DNA of 64,000 bases from Flavobacteriales bacterium (GTDB lineage: Bacteria; Bacteroidota; Bacteroidia; UBA10329), in contig JAIOYP010000003.1 of the NCBI GenBank assembly GCA_021741155.1, positions 7,950 through 71,949 of the forward strand, in the 5' to 3' direction. The notes beneath the pieces are model-generated. The model was not told the DNA's origin. It worked only from the letters and a program-made list of their open reading frames with translations, and ran no database searches. Below, piece by piece: positions 41,501-50,156 of this stretch (the stretch's first letter is position 1; each line of letters begins with the position of its first letter). Position numbers and translations under genes: made by a program.

Positions 41501-44500
41501 TACCTGTACCAATCAATGGGGGATTAGTAGTAGTAAATGTACCTGGACACAACGTATAAATTCCTAAGTCGTAGTCGGCAGGGAAGCCATATCCATTTGT
41601 GGTAACCGTATGCACTCCACTACAGGTCGGTGTAAACGAAAACCAAACGTCATTGAGTGTACCTCCTGTCATAGGAGTTGCTCCGTTTGCTGTACCTGAA
41701 ACCGAAGGGGCATCAACAGTTAATGCTACCACACCGGCACAATCATCATTGGCAGGAGGTGGCGGTGGAACGTTTAGGCAGAATTCGAAATTCGAAACAG
41801 TTGATGTTGTACTTGAATACGTGTGAGTTCTAACCAAATACGTGTTTCCAGGAGTAAGACCTGTAACCGAACCAGACTCAGGGTCTGAACAAAGCAAACT
41901 GGTTCCTCCGCAAGCATCAAAGAATTGGAATACGCGGTCTGTACTTCCTGAAATGGTGTTAGTAACGCTGAAATTAATGGTTGTTTCACCAGCAGGCATT
42001 ACAAAGCTGAACCACACATCATCATTAGCTCCAGTACCAGCACAAGCGGCTAATGATTCTGTTGCCGAAGCTGTATTAACAGTTACTGAGGCACATGTTC
42101 CATCGGATGGAATAGTTGGGAATGCAATGGCAGCTGCACACTCATCATTTGCAGGAGCTGGCGGTGGAACGCTCAGACAGAAATCGAAATTCGAAACAAT
42201 CGATGTTGTACTTGAATAGGTGTGAGCTCTAACCCAATACGTGTTTCCAGGAGTAAGACCTGTAACCGAACCAGATTCAGGGTCTGAACAAAGCAAACTG
42301 GTTCCTCCGCAAGCATCAAAGAATTGGAATACGCGGTCTGCACTTCCTGAAATGGTGTTAGTAACGCTGAAATTGACTGTTGTTTGACCAGCAGGCATTA
42401 CAAAGCTAAACCACACATCATCATTGGCTCCAGAACCAGTACAAGCAGCTAATGATTGAGTTGCCGAAGCTGTATTAACAGTTACTGAGGCACATGTTCC
42501 ATCGGATGGAATAGTTGGGAATGCAATGGCAGCTGCACACTCATCATTTGCTGGTGGTGGTGGCGGTACACTCAAGCACAAGTCGAAACTTGTTGCAGAA
42601 GCATTGAAAAAGCTATAGGTTCTAAGAACATAGGTGTTTCCTGCAACCAATCCTGTCCACGTTCCAGATTCTGGATCGTTACAGAACAAACTTGTTCCGC
42701 CACAAGCACTGAACAATTGGAACATTCTATCAGTTGAACCAGAAATGTTTGTTGTAGAATAGTTTACGGATGTATTTCCTGCAGGCACTACAAACGTGAA
42801 CCATTGATCGTCATCTGCCGTACCCGAACAACCAGCTAAAGATTGTGTATAGCCAGTATTATTAACGGTAACTGTTGCACAGTTTCCGTTGGTCGGAATG
42901 ATTGGGAATGCGTATGCTCCTCCACAATCGTCATTATTGGTTACAAGCGCATACGGACCAGCCCAAGCACTATAGCTGCTTCCGCCACAGAATGATCTCA
43001 CGTAAACATTATAAGATGTATTTACCGTAAGGCCAGTTACGTTTGCAGTAACAACTCCAGCAGCAGTAGAACCAGAAGCAACAGCTCCTGCAATTCCAGG
43101 TGTTAAATCTGTTCTCACTTCCCACTGATAACCACCGCTTGGCGCGTTGGTTGGAGCTGTCCAATTGATGGTAGCGGTTGTAGCCAAAATGTTTGTAGAA
43201 GCAACAATGGTTGGTACTTCGCAAGCCGGTGGAGCCACACAGTTTAATTGAACTGAAAAAGGCGTGTATCCACTTGAATTACATGTTCCAGAAACATCCG
43301 AGTTAATTGCAAAGGAAATATTTCCCGTAGTGCTTGTAATCGTAGATACACCAGAGTAATCTGCCAAACCTCCGCCAGTAAGTGCTCCATAAAGAATGTT
43401 TCCTGTGGCATTAAGACCATCATAAACAACTACCTCATCGCAGCACGTTTCAACGCCTCCAGCTAAGAAGGTAAGTGTAGCGTAATCTCCTGGAGTGCTA
43501 ACCGAAAAGTTAAGCATAACCTGAAGAGAACTAGTTTGATTGTAGCAAAGACCGCTAACCACATCACCGCAAGCTGCAGGAGTAGTAAAACTATATGCGG
43601 TAGACCATGTGCTGTAGCCACTTCCGCCACAATCGCTTCTAACAAATACGTAATAAGTGGTATTGCTTGATAAGCCTGTAATTGCTGCAGATGTACCGCT
43701 TTCATCCGTTCCTGTGTTAGCTGCAGTGCTAGGGGTTACATTCGAGGTAGAAACAACATATTCGTAACCAGCACTCGGAGCAGGGCTCGGTGCTGTCCAG
43801 TTAATAGTGGCTGTTGTGCCAGTTACAGACGTTGGAGCTGTAACGGTTGGTGTAAGACAAGATGGAATGGCCTCAACCACAAAATCATCTAAATGAAAAT
43901 CAATATCTGGACTAGTGGATGCAGTAGTAGCAATGAAAGCTACCCTAACAACGCCACTGTAACCAGTGAGGTCAATCGTTTCGGTTGCACCTGTATTGCT
44001 GTATGTTGCTACACCTGTATAGGTTCTTAGCACGTTTGCCGCAGCCCAAGTACTTCCACCATCCGTAGAAATAACCACTTTAACAACATGTGTTCCCAAA
44101 GTTGCAACAGCACCTGTACCAAGATAAGTAGTAACCGCCATTCGGTAACTCACTCTGTAAAGACCTGGAGTGACACCCAAATCTATGGGTTGAGAAATAA
44201 TCCAATCGTCTGAATCAGTTCCGTAAAGATTGGTCCTTACGCCCACATTGGTACCTGTGTTGGCGAAACCTGTTGAACTCAACCATTCGCTATTGGCTGT
44301 GTTGGCACTGACGGTTCCAGAAAACAGGGTTGAAGACTCTGACCAGCAAATTGGATTTGGTGCCGAACCCGTGAACGTTGCAAACGTTTGTACCGCTGTA
44401 GGTGCTGCTTCTGCTGCACAAGGCGTTGTAAAAGTTACCGCGCTACTCCAAGAGCTAAAAACACTGCTTCCGCAATCGGATCTAACATAAATGCTATAAG

Positions 44501-45455
44501 TAGTGTTTGCCGTAAGTCCAGTTACGTTGGCAGTCAATACTCCTGCCGCTACAGAACCACTTGCTTGCAAACCCGTGGCACCGCTACCTGCCGCACCGCT
44601 CGTACGAACTTCCCACTGATATCCTCCGCTTGGCGCAGGACTAGCCGCATTCCAATTGAGCGTAGCCGAAGTTGACGTTAATGCCGTTGCCGCAGTAACC
44701 GCTGGAGCCGCACATGATGGTGGAGTCCAAGTGAATGTTAGTCCTGATGCAGGAACAGTTCCAGCGTTAGCGGAACGGAAATACATGATATGGTTATTCG
44801 CTGTTCCTTGAATACTATTTATCCAACTACCACCAGCAGCTGCAATCCTCCGGTTGTTAACATTCGTGGCAATTGCGTTGGTAGGTCCCTTCAAGCCTAC
44901 TTGCGGATACGCGGTATTGTTACCTGGAGCAATAGTTCCGCCATAAACAACTTGAATGACGTTAGTTAAGGTGTTCAACCTTATTTGGAACGAAATGATC
45001 TCACCCGCGATGCCGTAGCGTCTTACATCCTGAAATTGCACCACGAATTCGTTACCAACCAACTCATACCGTATCTCCGGTGAACCGGAAGCCGCATTGT
45101 TAAGGTCGGCTCCAAAAGCTGAAATAATGCCCCCAGTTGCATTGGTAGCAGAACTTATTGGAGTATAGTTGCCAGTTGATGTGTATGTACCAAAGGCAAT
45201 ATGTCCATTTGCATTGATTCCCAGACTAGTGTAGGCATTGCCATCGTAGGTAAATGAAGGAATGGTGATTGCCCCAGAATTACCATCGTCAAACGTTCCA
45301 GATAGATACACCGTACCCCCTGTAATTGGTGTGTAAGTACCCGCGGTTTGACTGAAGGTGTAAGTACTGGCCACCTGCGCCTTGGCCTGCCAAGCCCCGA
45401 AAACGGAAAGGAGAATAAGAAAGAGGCCTGCGAATTGAGTAGAGACTTTTTTCAT
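38514..45455 (-). CDS. Large T9SS type A sorting-domain surface protein (Fn3, CUB-like and Cys-containing NDxC repeats)
   Basis: Start re-called at MKKVSTQF (45455); signal peptide AKA-Q; three Fn3 (ANVTGLT.NT.Y..YVRS.CG); C-terminal domain LEIFDMSGRMV..SSLSMGVYVVRM..SQKVIK. Confidence 0.92.
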   Translation of the reverse strand: MKKVSTQFAGLFLILLSVFGAWQAKAQVASTYTFSQTAGTYTPITGGTVYLSGTFDDGNSGAITIPSFTYDGNAYTSLGINANGHIAFGTYTSTGNYTPISSATNATGGIISAFGADLNNAASGSPEIRYELVGNEFVVQFQDVRRYGIAGEIISFQIRLNTLTNVIQVVYGGTIAPGNNTAYPQVGLKGPTNAIATNVNNRRIAAAGGSWINSIQGTANNHIMYFRSANAGTVPASGLTFTWTPPSCAAPAVTAATALTSTSATLNWNAASPAPSGGYQWEVRTSGAAGSGATGLQASGSVAAGVLTANVTGLTANTTYSIYVRSDCGSSVFSSWSSAVTFTTPCAAEAAPTAVQTFATFTGSAPNPICWSESSTLFSGTVSANTANSEWLSSTGFANTGTNVGVRTNLYGTDSDDWIISQPIDLGVTPGLYRVSYRMAVTTYLGTGAVATLGTHVVKVVISTDGGSTWAAANVLRTYTGVATYSNTGATETIDLTGYSGVVRVAFIATTASTSPDIDFHLDDFVVEAIPSCLTPTVTAPTSVTGTTATINWTAPSPAPSAGYEYVVSTSNVTPSTAANTGTDESGTSAAITGLSSNTTYYVFVRSDCGGSGYSTWSTAYSFTTPAACGDVVSGLCYNQTSSLQVMLNFSVSTPGDYATLTFLAGGVETCCDEVVVYDGLNATGNILYGALTGGGLADYSGVSTITSTTGNISFAINSDVSGTCNSSGYTPFSVQLNCVAPPACEVPTIVASTNILATTATINWTAPTNAPSGGYQWEVRTDLTPGIAGAVASGSTAAGVVTANVTGLTVNTSYNVYVRSFCGGSSYSAWAGPYALVTNNDDCGGAYAFPIIPTNGNCATVTVNNTGYTQSLAGCSGTADDDQWFTFVVPAGNTSVNYSTTNISGSTDRMFQLFSACGGTSLFCNDPESGTWTGLVAGNTYVLRTYSFFNASATSFDLCLSVPPPPPANDECAAAIAFPTIPSDGTCASVTVNTASATQSLAACTGSGANDDVWFSFVMPAGQTTVNFSVTNTISGSADRVFQFFDACGGTSLLCSDPESGSVTGLTPGNTYWVRAHTYSSTTSIVSNFDFCLSVPPPAPANDECAAAIAFPTIPSDGTCASVTVNTASATESLAACAGTGANDDVWFSFVMPAGETTINFSVTNTISGSTDRVFQFFDACGGTSLLCSDPESGSVTGLTPGNTYLVRTHTYSSTTSTVSNFEFCLNVPPPPPANDDCAGVVALTVDAPSVSGTANGATPMTGGTLNDVWFSFTPTCSGVHTVTTNGYGFPADYDLGIYTLCPGTFTTTNPPLIGTGTSFSTSSETASATVVAGTTYYVMVQDWDGLGGTFNIQVTSPTPALVLSNTGTPAAGNIGQSSNNVVISGFQLAPGCVSASLTSVTYTTTGTATTADLSNFRIYQDVNANGTYEVGTDLLASTAAQALAASMTFGIAGQTGISTNRRYLLVADVSGTATVGRTITARITPVGNIAVTTTPVVTPTGTALGNLRTISGVPPANDNCSTATPFPVIPTNQTCATLSNQTTLNGTNSGVTPTGSCTSNSGNPDDDVWFSFVAPETALSIEFTYVAGSTDIYWQVFSSACASSMTSIVCSDDNAGSILYGLTPGNTYYLRMYTWAGSGAFSQQDICIKTLPPAPANDECANAISLPCGTSGLAGTTEWSRPEPAFVSGAIGMCSMGQFGVWYTFVGNGYSTTVTCDATFDIELSITRGTCGALSNVNCIDDAGGSESATFTTVLGTRYYVYISYWLSGSTTTGTFTISRTCGVNEWTGSAVANDWATNGNWSEGTVPASNGVAFIPTTPVGGNFPIIDEAASIATLTLATGSSVSIQGGHSLSVTGVLTNNGTINVASGGSLVQATGSTRVGTGIYNVTRNGSTVFDFWSSPITTVSTNIFGQAYAYDPQLSTADPFDDLHDPGWVAPGATMIPGKGYAAFASTVETFTGTVNNGNVSIPVQYFNNPDPMLPGVPFNLVGNPYPSGIDAATFLSANSGILSVNSIYLWDSPATTPYDSQDFAVWNPTLQTAGGGGNTPGPVIGSAQGFEVRVNGAGSVQFTNAMRVAGNTNMLFRQSDAKKLWLSAVNAEGRYNQMAIGFLEDGTDGPDWSYDTPKINLGSGHSFYSLMDDNTPYVTQAYGSLFPDRIVPLGYISNTQSMVTISLDTNFNMESDIIYLEDRHLNVFQDLHEGSYVFQTNAVTYNDRFFLHFATPSVTGMYDVQMNPMHAFINNDMLTVSKANVEMAALEIFDMSGRMVWTSGSVGFSNGLAKVDVSSLSMGVYVVRMIANGEISSQKVIK
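41761..42558. repeat. 399-bp tandem duplication (133-aa domain x2) within the T9SS protein
   Basis: Anchors 41761/42160 and 42091/42490 are both 399 bp apart; about 25 differences counted by eye. Confidence 0.92.
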
Positions 45456-45840
45456 GAAGTTCGAATTAAAATAAAGGGATAGTTGCGAAAAATAATGGGT
45501 ATTCGGCTGTTTGTTTAAGCGTATTGGCAATCTGCAGTACGTGATTTACGCAAATTGGACTGTGAAATAACGAAATTTTATCATTGATGTAACATGCCTA
45601 TTGCATTTATTTTTCTGGCAGACCACTAAATCTATCCTTTCAGCGAACATTTTTGTTCGACAAAACTGATTTTAGGCTTATTCGGTATTCGGTAACCTGC
45701 TATGAATTTTAATGTGATTTTACCCATCCAAGTCTTCGAGGCTTATCTATTTGGTTTTGCAATGCGTTATTGGCACTTAGAAAACCTCAATACCAGAGCG
45801 CGAGTACCAAGCGAAATAGGAATCAATTACTTTCACATCC

Positions 45841-46401
45841 ATGAAAGGGGTTATACTTTTCTCAATTTCATTGCTCAGCACCATCGCCATTCGTGCGCAA
45901 GAAACGAGCACCGAACCAACTTTTAACGAGCAGATACAACATCAACTTGGAGTAGGTTTTGCCATTACGGGTTTCCATTCTAGCTTCAGTTATTTTGTGT
46001 CGCCCCATTATTCGGTGCGGTATCATCGACATTGGTTTGGGTTTACGCCTTTCTATGGCCGCTTAGATGATGGGGTAAACCAACAAGATTTGGGCATTGG
46101 TCTTGATTATCGGCTCTATCCGTTTAAAAATCTTAACTCCACGCAACTCTATTTTCCACTTGGCTTATATTACAATTATAAGTGGAGTGAGCAAAGTCAA
46201 AAATCGGCTCTTATATATAAGGTAGGATTTGGAGTAGACAATCAGCTTGGAAAGCATTTTTCTGTTTCGCTTGATACGAACTTCGGTATTGGCCAAACGT
46301 TCTACTCGAACATAGAAACGAGCGAATCGGCTAGTTTTGGTCCATCCAAAGATTTGAACTTCTATTTCCTACCTGTAATCAGAATAGCCTACAACCTGTG
46401 A
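45841..46401 (+). CDS. Hypothetical secreted protein, probable outer-membrane beta-barrel
   Basis: Signal peptide, amphipathic beta-strands, C-terminal RIAYNL. Confidence 0.65.
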   Translation: MKGVILFSISLLSTIAIRAQETSTEPTFNEQIQHQLGVGFAITGFHSSFSYFVSPHYSVRYHRHWFGFTPFYGRLDDGVNQQDLGIGLDYRLYPFKNLNSTQLYFPLGLYYNYKWSEQSQKSALIYKVGFGVDNQLGKHFSVSLDTNFGIGQTFYSNIETSESASFGPSKDLNFYFLPVIRIAYNL

Positions 46402-47447
46402 GCAACCATATTTCTAAGAAGAAACATTTCGTTCCCATTATTCCAAGCCTCAGAAAATATCTGAAGAAAGAAGGAAGGGAAATGAAATTCGGTTTGGTTT
46501 ACACAGATTTGTTGGAACATAGGCTTGCAACACCTTTACTAGACAAAAAAGGCCAAGACACGCTTTGGGAAACGGTTTTTTACGAGCCCGAACGAACCGA
46601 GGCATTATATAAGTCGCTTACCTATATATATGTAATGCTGAAAAATGAGGGCGATTTCAGTTCGCTCGAACATTTGGATGTGGACCGAATTGATTACTGT
46701 TCGTTTGGCAATTCGAACCCATTCCGCATTCGCATCATCAATAAGTTCAACGACAACTACGATTACTTCTATATAAAAACAGCCGATGCCTCGCGGGTGT
46801 ATGGTTTGGAGTTGGAGCACCTCCTCTCCCCTAACCGCATTAGTTATTATGTGGATGACAATACCTTGATTGAAGAACACATTGCCGGTATTCCGGGCGA
46901 TATGTACATCAATACCATGATGCAGACCAAGCAAACCAATAAGGTTCGTTTGGCCAAGGAATTCGTGAAATTTAACGAACGCTGCTTTGTGCGGCTATTG
47001 GGCGACATGCGCAGTTACAATTATGTGCTAGACATTACCCCCGATTTTGATGATGTGCAATACCGTATTCGCGCCATTGATTTTGACCAACAGTGCTACG
47101 AAGGCCGAAAAAACCTTTATCTACCGCAGTTCTTTAAAGAGAATTTTCCGTTGGTAGAATTGGGCATGCAACTCATTAACGAAAAAACGGTGAAGCAATA
47201 TCAGGCAGAAGAGCGTTCTTTAATTGCGAGAAGGTTAATTGCTTCGCGCTATCGACTCAAAGATTTAATCGACTGCATGGAAGAGGATAATATCTCTACT
47301 CCAGAGAAGGTGAAACAACTGACCGAAGATTTAGCCAAGCACCACAATAACCCGTTGTTTTTAGCATGCGAAAACATGGGAGAGATTCTGAAGCTTCAGT
47401 TAAAGTCTACCCTTGCAAAGCACATCAGAAAAGTAAGAAACCTTTAA
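46398..47447 (+). CDS. Hypothetical protein with predicted PI3/4-kinase-like (atypical kinase) motifs
   Basis: GTG start; FYIKTAD..LELEHLL, LIEEHIAG, LLGDMRSYNY, AIDFDQ. Confidence 0.7.
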   Translation: MSNHISKKKHFVPIIPSLRKYLKKEGREMKFGLVYTDLLEHRLATPLLDKKGQDTLWETVFYEPERTEALYKSLTYIYVMLKNEGDFSSLEHLDVDRIDYCSFGNSNPFRIRIINKFNDNYDYFYIKTADASRVYGLELEHLLSPNRISYYVDDNTLIEEHIAGIPGDMYINTMMQTKQTNKVRLAKEFVKFNERCFVRLLGDMRSYNYVLDITPDFDDVQYRIRAIDFDQQCYEGRKNLYLPQFFKENFPLVELGMQLINEKTVKQYQAEERSLIARRLIASRYRLKDLIDCMEEDNISTPEKVKQLTEDLAKHHNNPLFLACENMGEILKLQLKSTLAKHIRKVRNL

Positions 47448-48604
47448 TGCGATGAAAATTGCGACTCCAAGTGGCGCTCCACAATCATATTTACTAGAAT
47501 GTCGGGCTTTTCATTTACAATCATGGTGGTGTCGAACGTATTACTCCAAATAAATACCGACTCACCGAAACTTTCTCGGATATATTCGACCATAGAAACG
47601 CCAAACGAGTCTCGAAGCACCATTATTTTTAATGGCCTTGATTTGTTGGAGTAACGCTCTTCATAACCATCGGCCAAAGCACCAAAAACGTTGTGCTCTT
47701 CTGGTTTATATATTTTGCCTAGCTCAACGCAGTTTGCCGCACTATTTCGCTGCAAAATGTACTGATATTCAGGCGTATGTTGGCGAATTTGACGCACCAA
47801 ATCATTTTGAATACCAACAATTGAATCTAACGTGTATTCTTCGCTTGCAATGATTTGAACATCTGGAAACTGATTTTGAATTGCCTCCATTAGTTGCACA
47901 TAGGCGAAATATGCACCAACCTGATTCCAATGCGTATCATCATTATGGTAAAGCTGACGCTCGGCTTTATGATTGAGTAAGGTTGCTGTATAATCTATAA
48001 AGTTGATTGTTGGAGGCAGCTTGTCTTTCACAAGTTCTCGAAGAGGTGGATTTCCGAAATGTTCTATTGGCAAATTTTCTCCGTAAACCGTAAGCTTATT
48101 TGGCGCTACTGCAAAATAATAGGCTATGGCGTGTTGTGCACACCAATTAGATTGTTCTTCAATTGTATTGGATACGGATGCTACGGTATTGGATTCGTAT
48201 GCGAGGAAACCTTTAGATGCATTGACATACTGATGATGCCAATTTCCGCAAAACATCATATCGTTATCTCCATTAATAACCCTGTGCGGCATGGGTTCGG
48301 TTTTCAGTAAACCCTGAACGAAATGGACATAAATATCGAAGAGGTTGTACTTTAATACGTAATGGTCATTAAAGTAGCGGTCAAATTCATACTTGTAGTC
48401 AATTACCGATACGTAAACACTTTTAGCCATTTTGGTGGTAAAGAAATCTTCCGAAATGAATTGAAGTTTTGGCTTTGGTTCTCTTTCTGAACCTGGAAAA
48501 AAACTGTTAAAAGCGTAAACACCACATAACGCTGATACGGCAGGTATAACCAACAGAGACAAAAAGCCTACAATCAAAAACCAATTTAAAACACGTTGAA
48601 CCAT
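47444..48604 (-). CDS. AlgJ/AlgX-family SGNH-like O-acetyltransferase
   Basis: N-terminal TM segment, VAPNKLTVY, DTHWNQVGAY, LRDSFG; coupled to the MBOAT gene. Confidence 0.85.
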   Translation of the reverse strand: MVQRVLNWFLIVGFLSLLVIPAVSALCGVYAFNSFFPGSEREPKPKLQFISEDFFTTKMAKSVYVSVIDYKYEFDRYFNDHYVLKYNLFDIYVHFVQGLLKTEPMPHRVINGDNDMMFCGNWHHQYVNASKGFLAYESNTVASVSNTIEEQSNWCAQHAIAYYFAVAPNKLTVYGENLPIEHFGNPPLRELVKDKLPPTINFIDYTATLLNHKAERQLYHNDDTHWNQVGAYFAYVQLMEAIQNQFPDVQIIASEEYTLDSIVGIQNDLVRQIRQHTPEYQYILQRNSAANCVELGKIYKPEEHNVFGALADGYEERYSNKSRPLKIMVLRDSFGVSMVEYIRESFGESVFIWSNTFDTTMIVNEKPDILVNMIVERHLESQFSSH

Positions 48605-50028
48605 CAGAATCTGAAATAGATGAACGGATTATAGGAGTCGGCAGCAACAAATGTTAGCGTAATAACGAATAGTAAAACCAACAGAATATGTTCGAATGAG
48701 TTGGATATGGTGTGTCCTAGAGTGGATGCAAATTGCTCACGCATTTTGGTATAAATCGGGGTAGAAAAAACAAGGCCTAATGCGACTCCCAGAATTGTCA
48801 ATCCATTAAAACCGAAAAAGGTCAAATAACTATTGACAGATTCTGTTCCCGGTGCATAAACTACCATTTTACTTAGGTAGATAACTGCCGATGTAAAATC
48901 GTCTGCCCGAAAAAACACCCAACCAACCAAAACAACTAGCAACACATATATATGGCGGCAAATAGACGGAACGCGTTCTAAAAAATGGGTCAGGCCTACT
49001 CTTTCTAGAATTAAAAAAGACCCGTGAAAGAGCCCCCAAAAGACAAAGTTCCAACTGGCACCGTGCCATAATCCGGTTACAGCAAAAACGACAACTAGGT
49101 TCAAATACGTTCTGGCATTTCCTCGCCTGTTTCCACCTAAAGAAATGTACAAATAGTCTCTAAACCATGTTGATAAGGAAATGTGCCACCTGCGCCAAAA
49201 TTCTTGAATGCTCTTAGAAATGTAGGGGTAATTGAAGTTTTCTAAAAAGTCGAAACCGAGCATTTTACCAAGCCCAATGGCCATGTCTGAATAGCCAGAA
49301 AAATCGAAATAAATCTGTAATGCGTATGCGATAATTCCGGTCCAAGCCCAAAGAGTTGACAAGTCGGATGGACTAAAATCAAAAACCATATCTGCCACAC
49401 TTGCACACGAATTAGCGATTATCATTTTCTTGGCAAGTCCAATCACAAATCGTTTAATGCCTATAGAGAAGTTATCTACCGAAAGGTTCTTTGTTTTGAG
49501 TTGTTCTTGAATGGTAGCGTACCGAACAATTGGCCCGGCTACCAATTGAGGGAATAGCGTTACGTAGGTTCCAAACTCAATGAAATTCTTAGATGCTTTT
49601 ACTTCTCCCCGATAGACATCTATGGAGTACGACATGGTTTGAAACGTGTAAAAGCTTATTCCGATAGGTAAGGCGATGGTTGGAACCGATTGTAGCCCAG
49701 CCGATGAAATTTCTAACCAGTTTAGGAGGGCTCGATAATTCTCAAAACCAAAGTTGAAGTATTTGAATACTCCTAATAGGGTTAGGTTGGCTATAATTGA
49801 AGTAGTGAGTCCTAGTTTTCTCCATCCTTTTTCTATCAATTGGCCACAACCGAAGTCAACCACTGCCGAAAAAAGCATAACCAACACCAATTTATCCTCG
49901 CCCCAAGTGTAAAAAACGATGCTTGCAATAAATAGAATGTAGTTCTTAATGAACTTGGGCGACAAATAATAGAGCCCAAGGAAAAGCGGAAGAAATAGAA
50001 ATAAAAAAACTGAATGGCTGAATAGCAT
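48604..50028 (-). CDS. MBOAT O-acyltransferase (AlgI/DltB family)
   Basis: LPIGISFYTFQ, FPQLVAGPIVR, YFDFSGYSDMAIG, FWRRWHISLSTW, GLWHGA. Confidence 0.95.
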   Translation of the reverse strand: MLFSHSVFLFLFLPLFLGLYYLSPKFIKNYILFIASIVFYTWGEDKLVLVMLFSAVVDFGCGQLIEKGWRKLGLTTSIIANLTLLGVFKYFNFGFENYRALLNWLEISSAGLQSVPTIALPIGISFYTFQTMSYSIDVYRGEVKASKNFIEFGTYVTLFPQLVAGPIVRYATIQEQLKTKNLSVDNFSIGIKRFVIGLAKKMIIANSCASVADMVFDFSPSDLSTLWAWTGIIAYALQIYFDFSGYSDMAIGLGKMLGFDFLENFNYPYISKSIQEFWRRWHISLSTWFRDYLYISLGGNRRGNARTYLNLVVVFAVTGLWHGASWNFVFWGLFHGSFLILERVGLTHFLERVPSICRHIYVLLVVLVGWVFFRADDFTSAVIYLSKMVVYAPGTESVNSYLTFFGFNGLTILGVALGLVFSTPIYTKMREQFASTLGHTISNSFEHILLVLLFVITLTFVAADSYNPFIYFRF

Positions 50029-50156
50029 CTTCCGAAAACAGAATAATCACATAAGAATCAGCCGTAAATATGGGCTATTTTTAACGAAGGCATGTAGCTC
50101 ATTTGTATTGCGCGAATGGAGTTGAATCAGTGTGCCAAGGCTAGTTAGTAGGATAA

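Noticed and set aside
41761-42558. Near-identical repeat pair as a DGR template/variable region
   Set aside because: The copies are tandem and in frame, differences are not confined to adenines, and no reverse transcriptase is present.
46819-46838. ctcctctcccctaaccgc resembling the REP unit
   Set aside because: It has no GGAGGGG arm and encodes LLSPNR within a conserved-looking protein core; likely coincidence.
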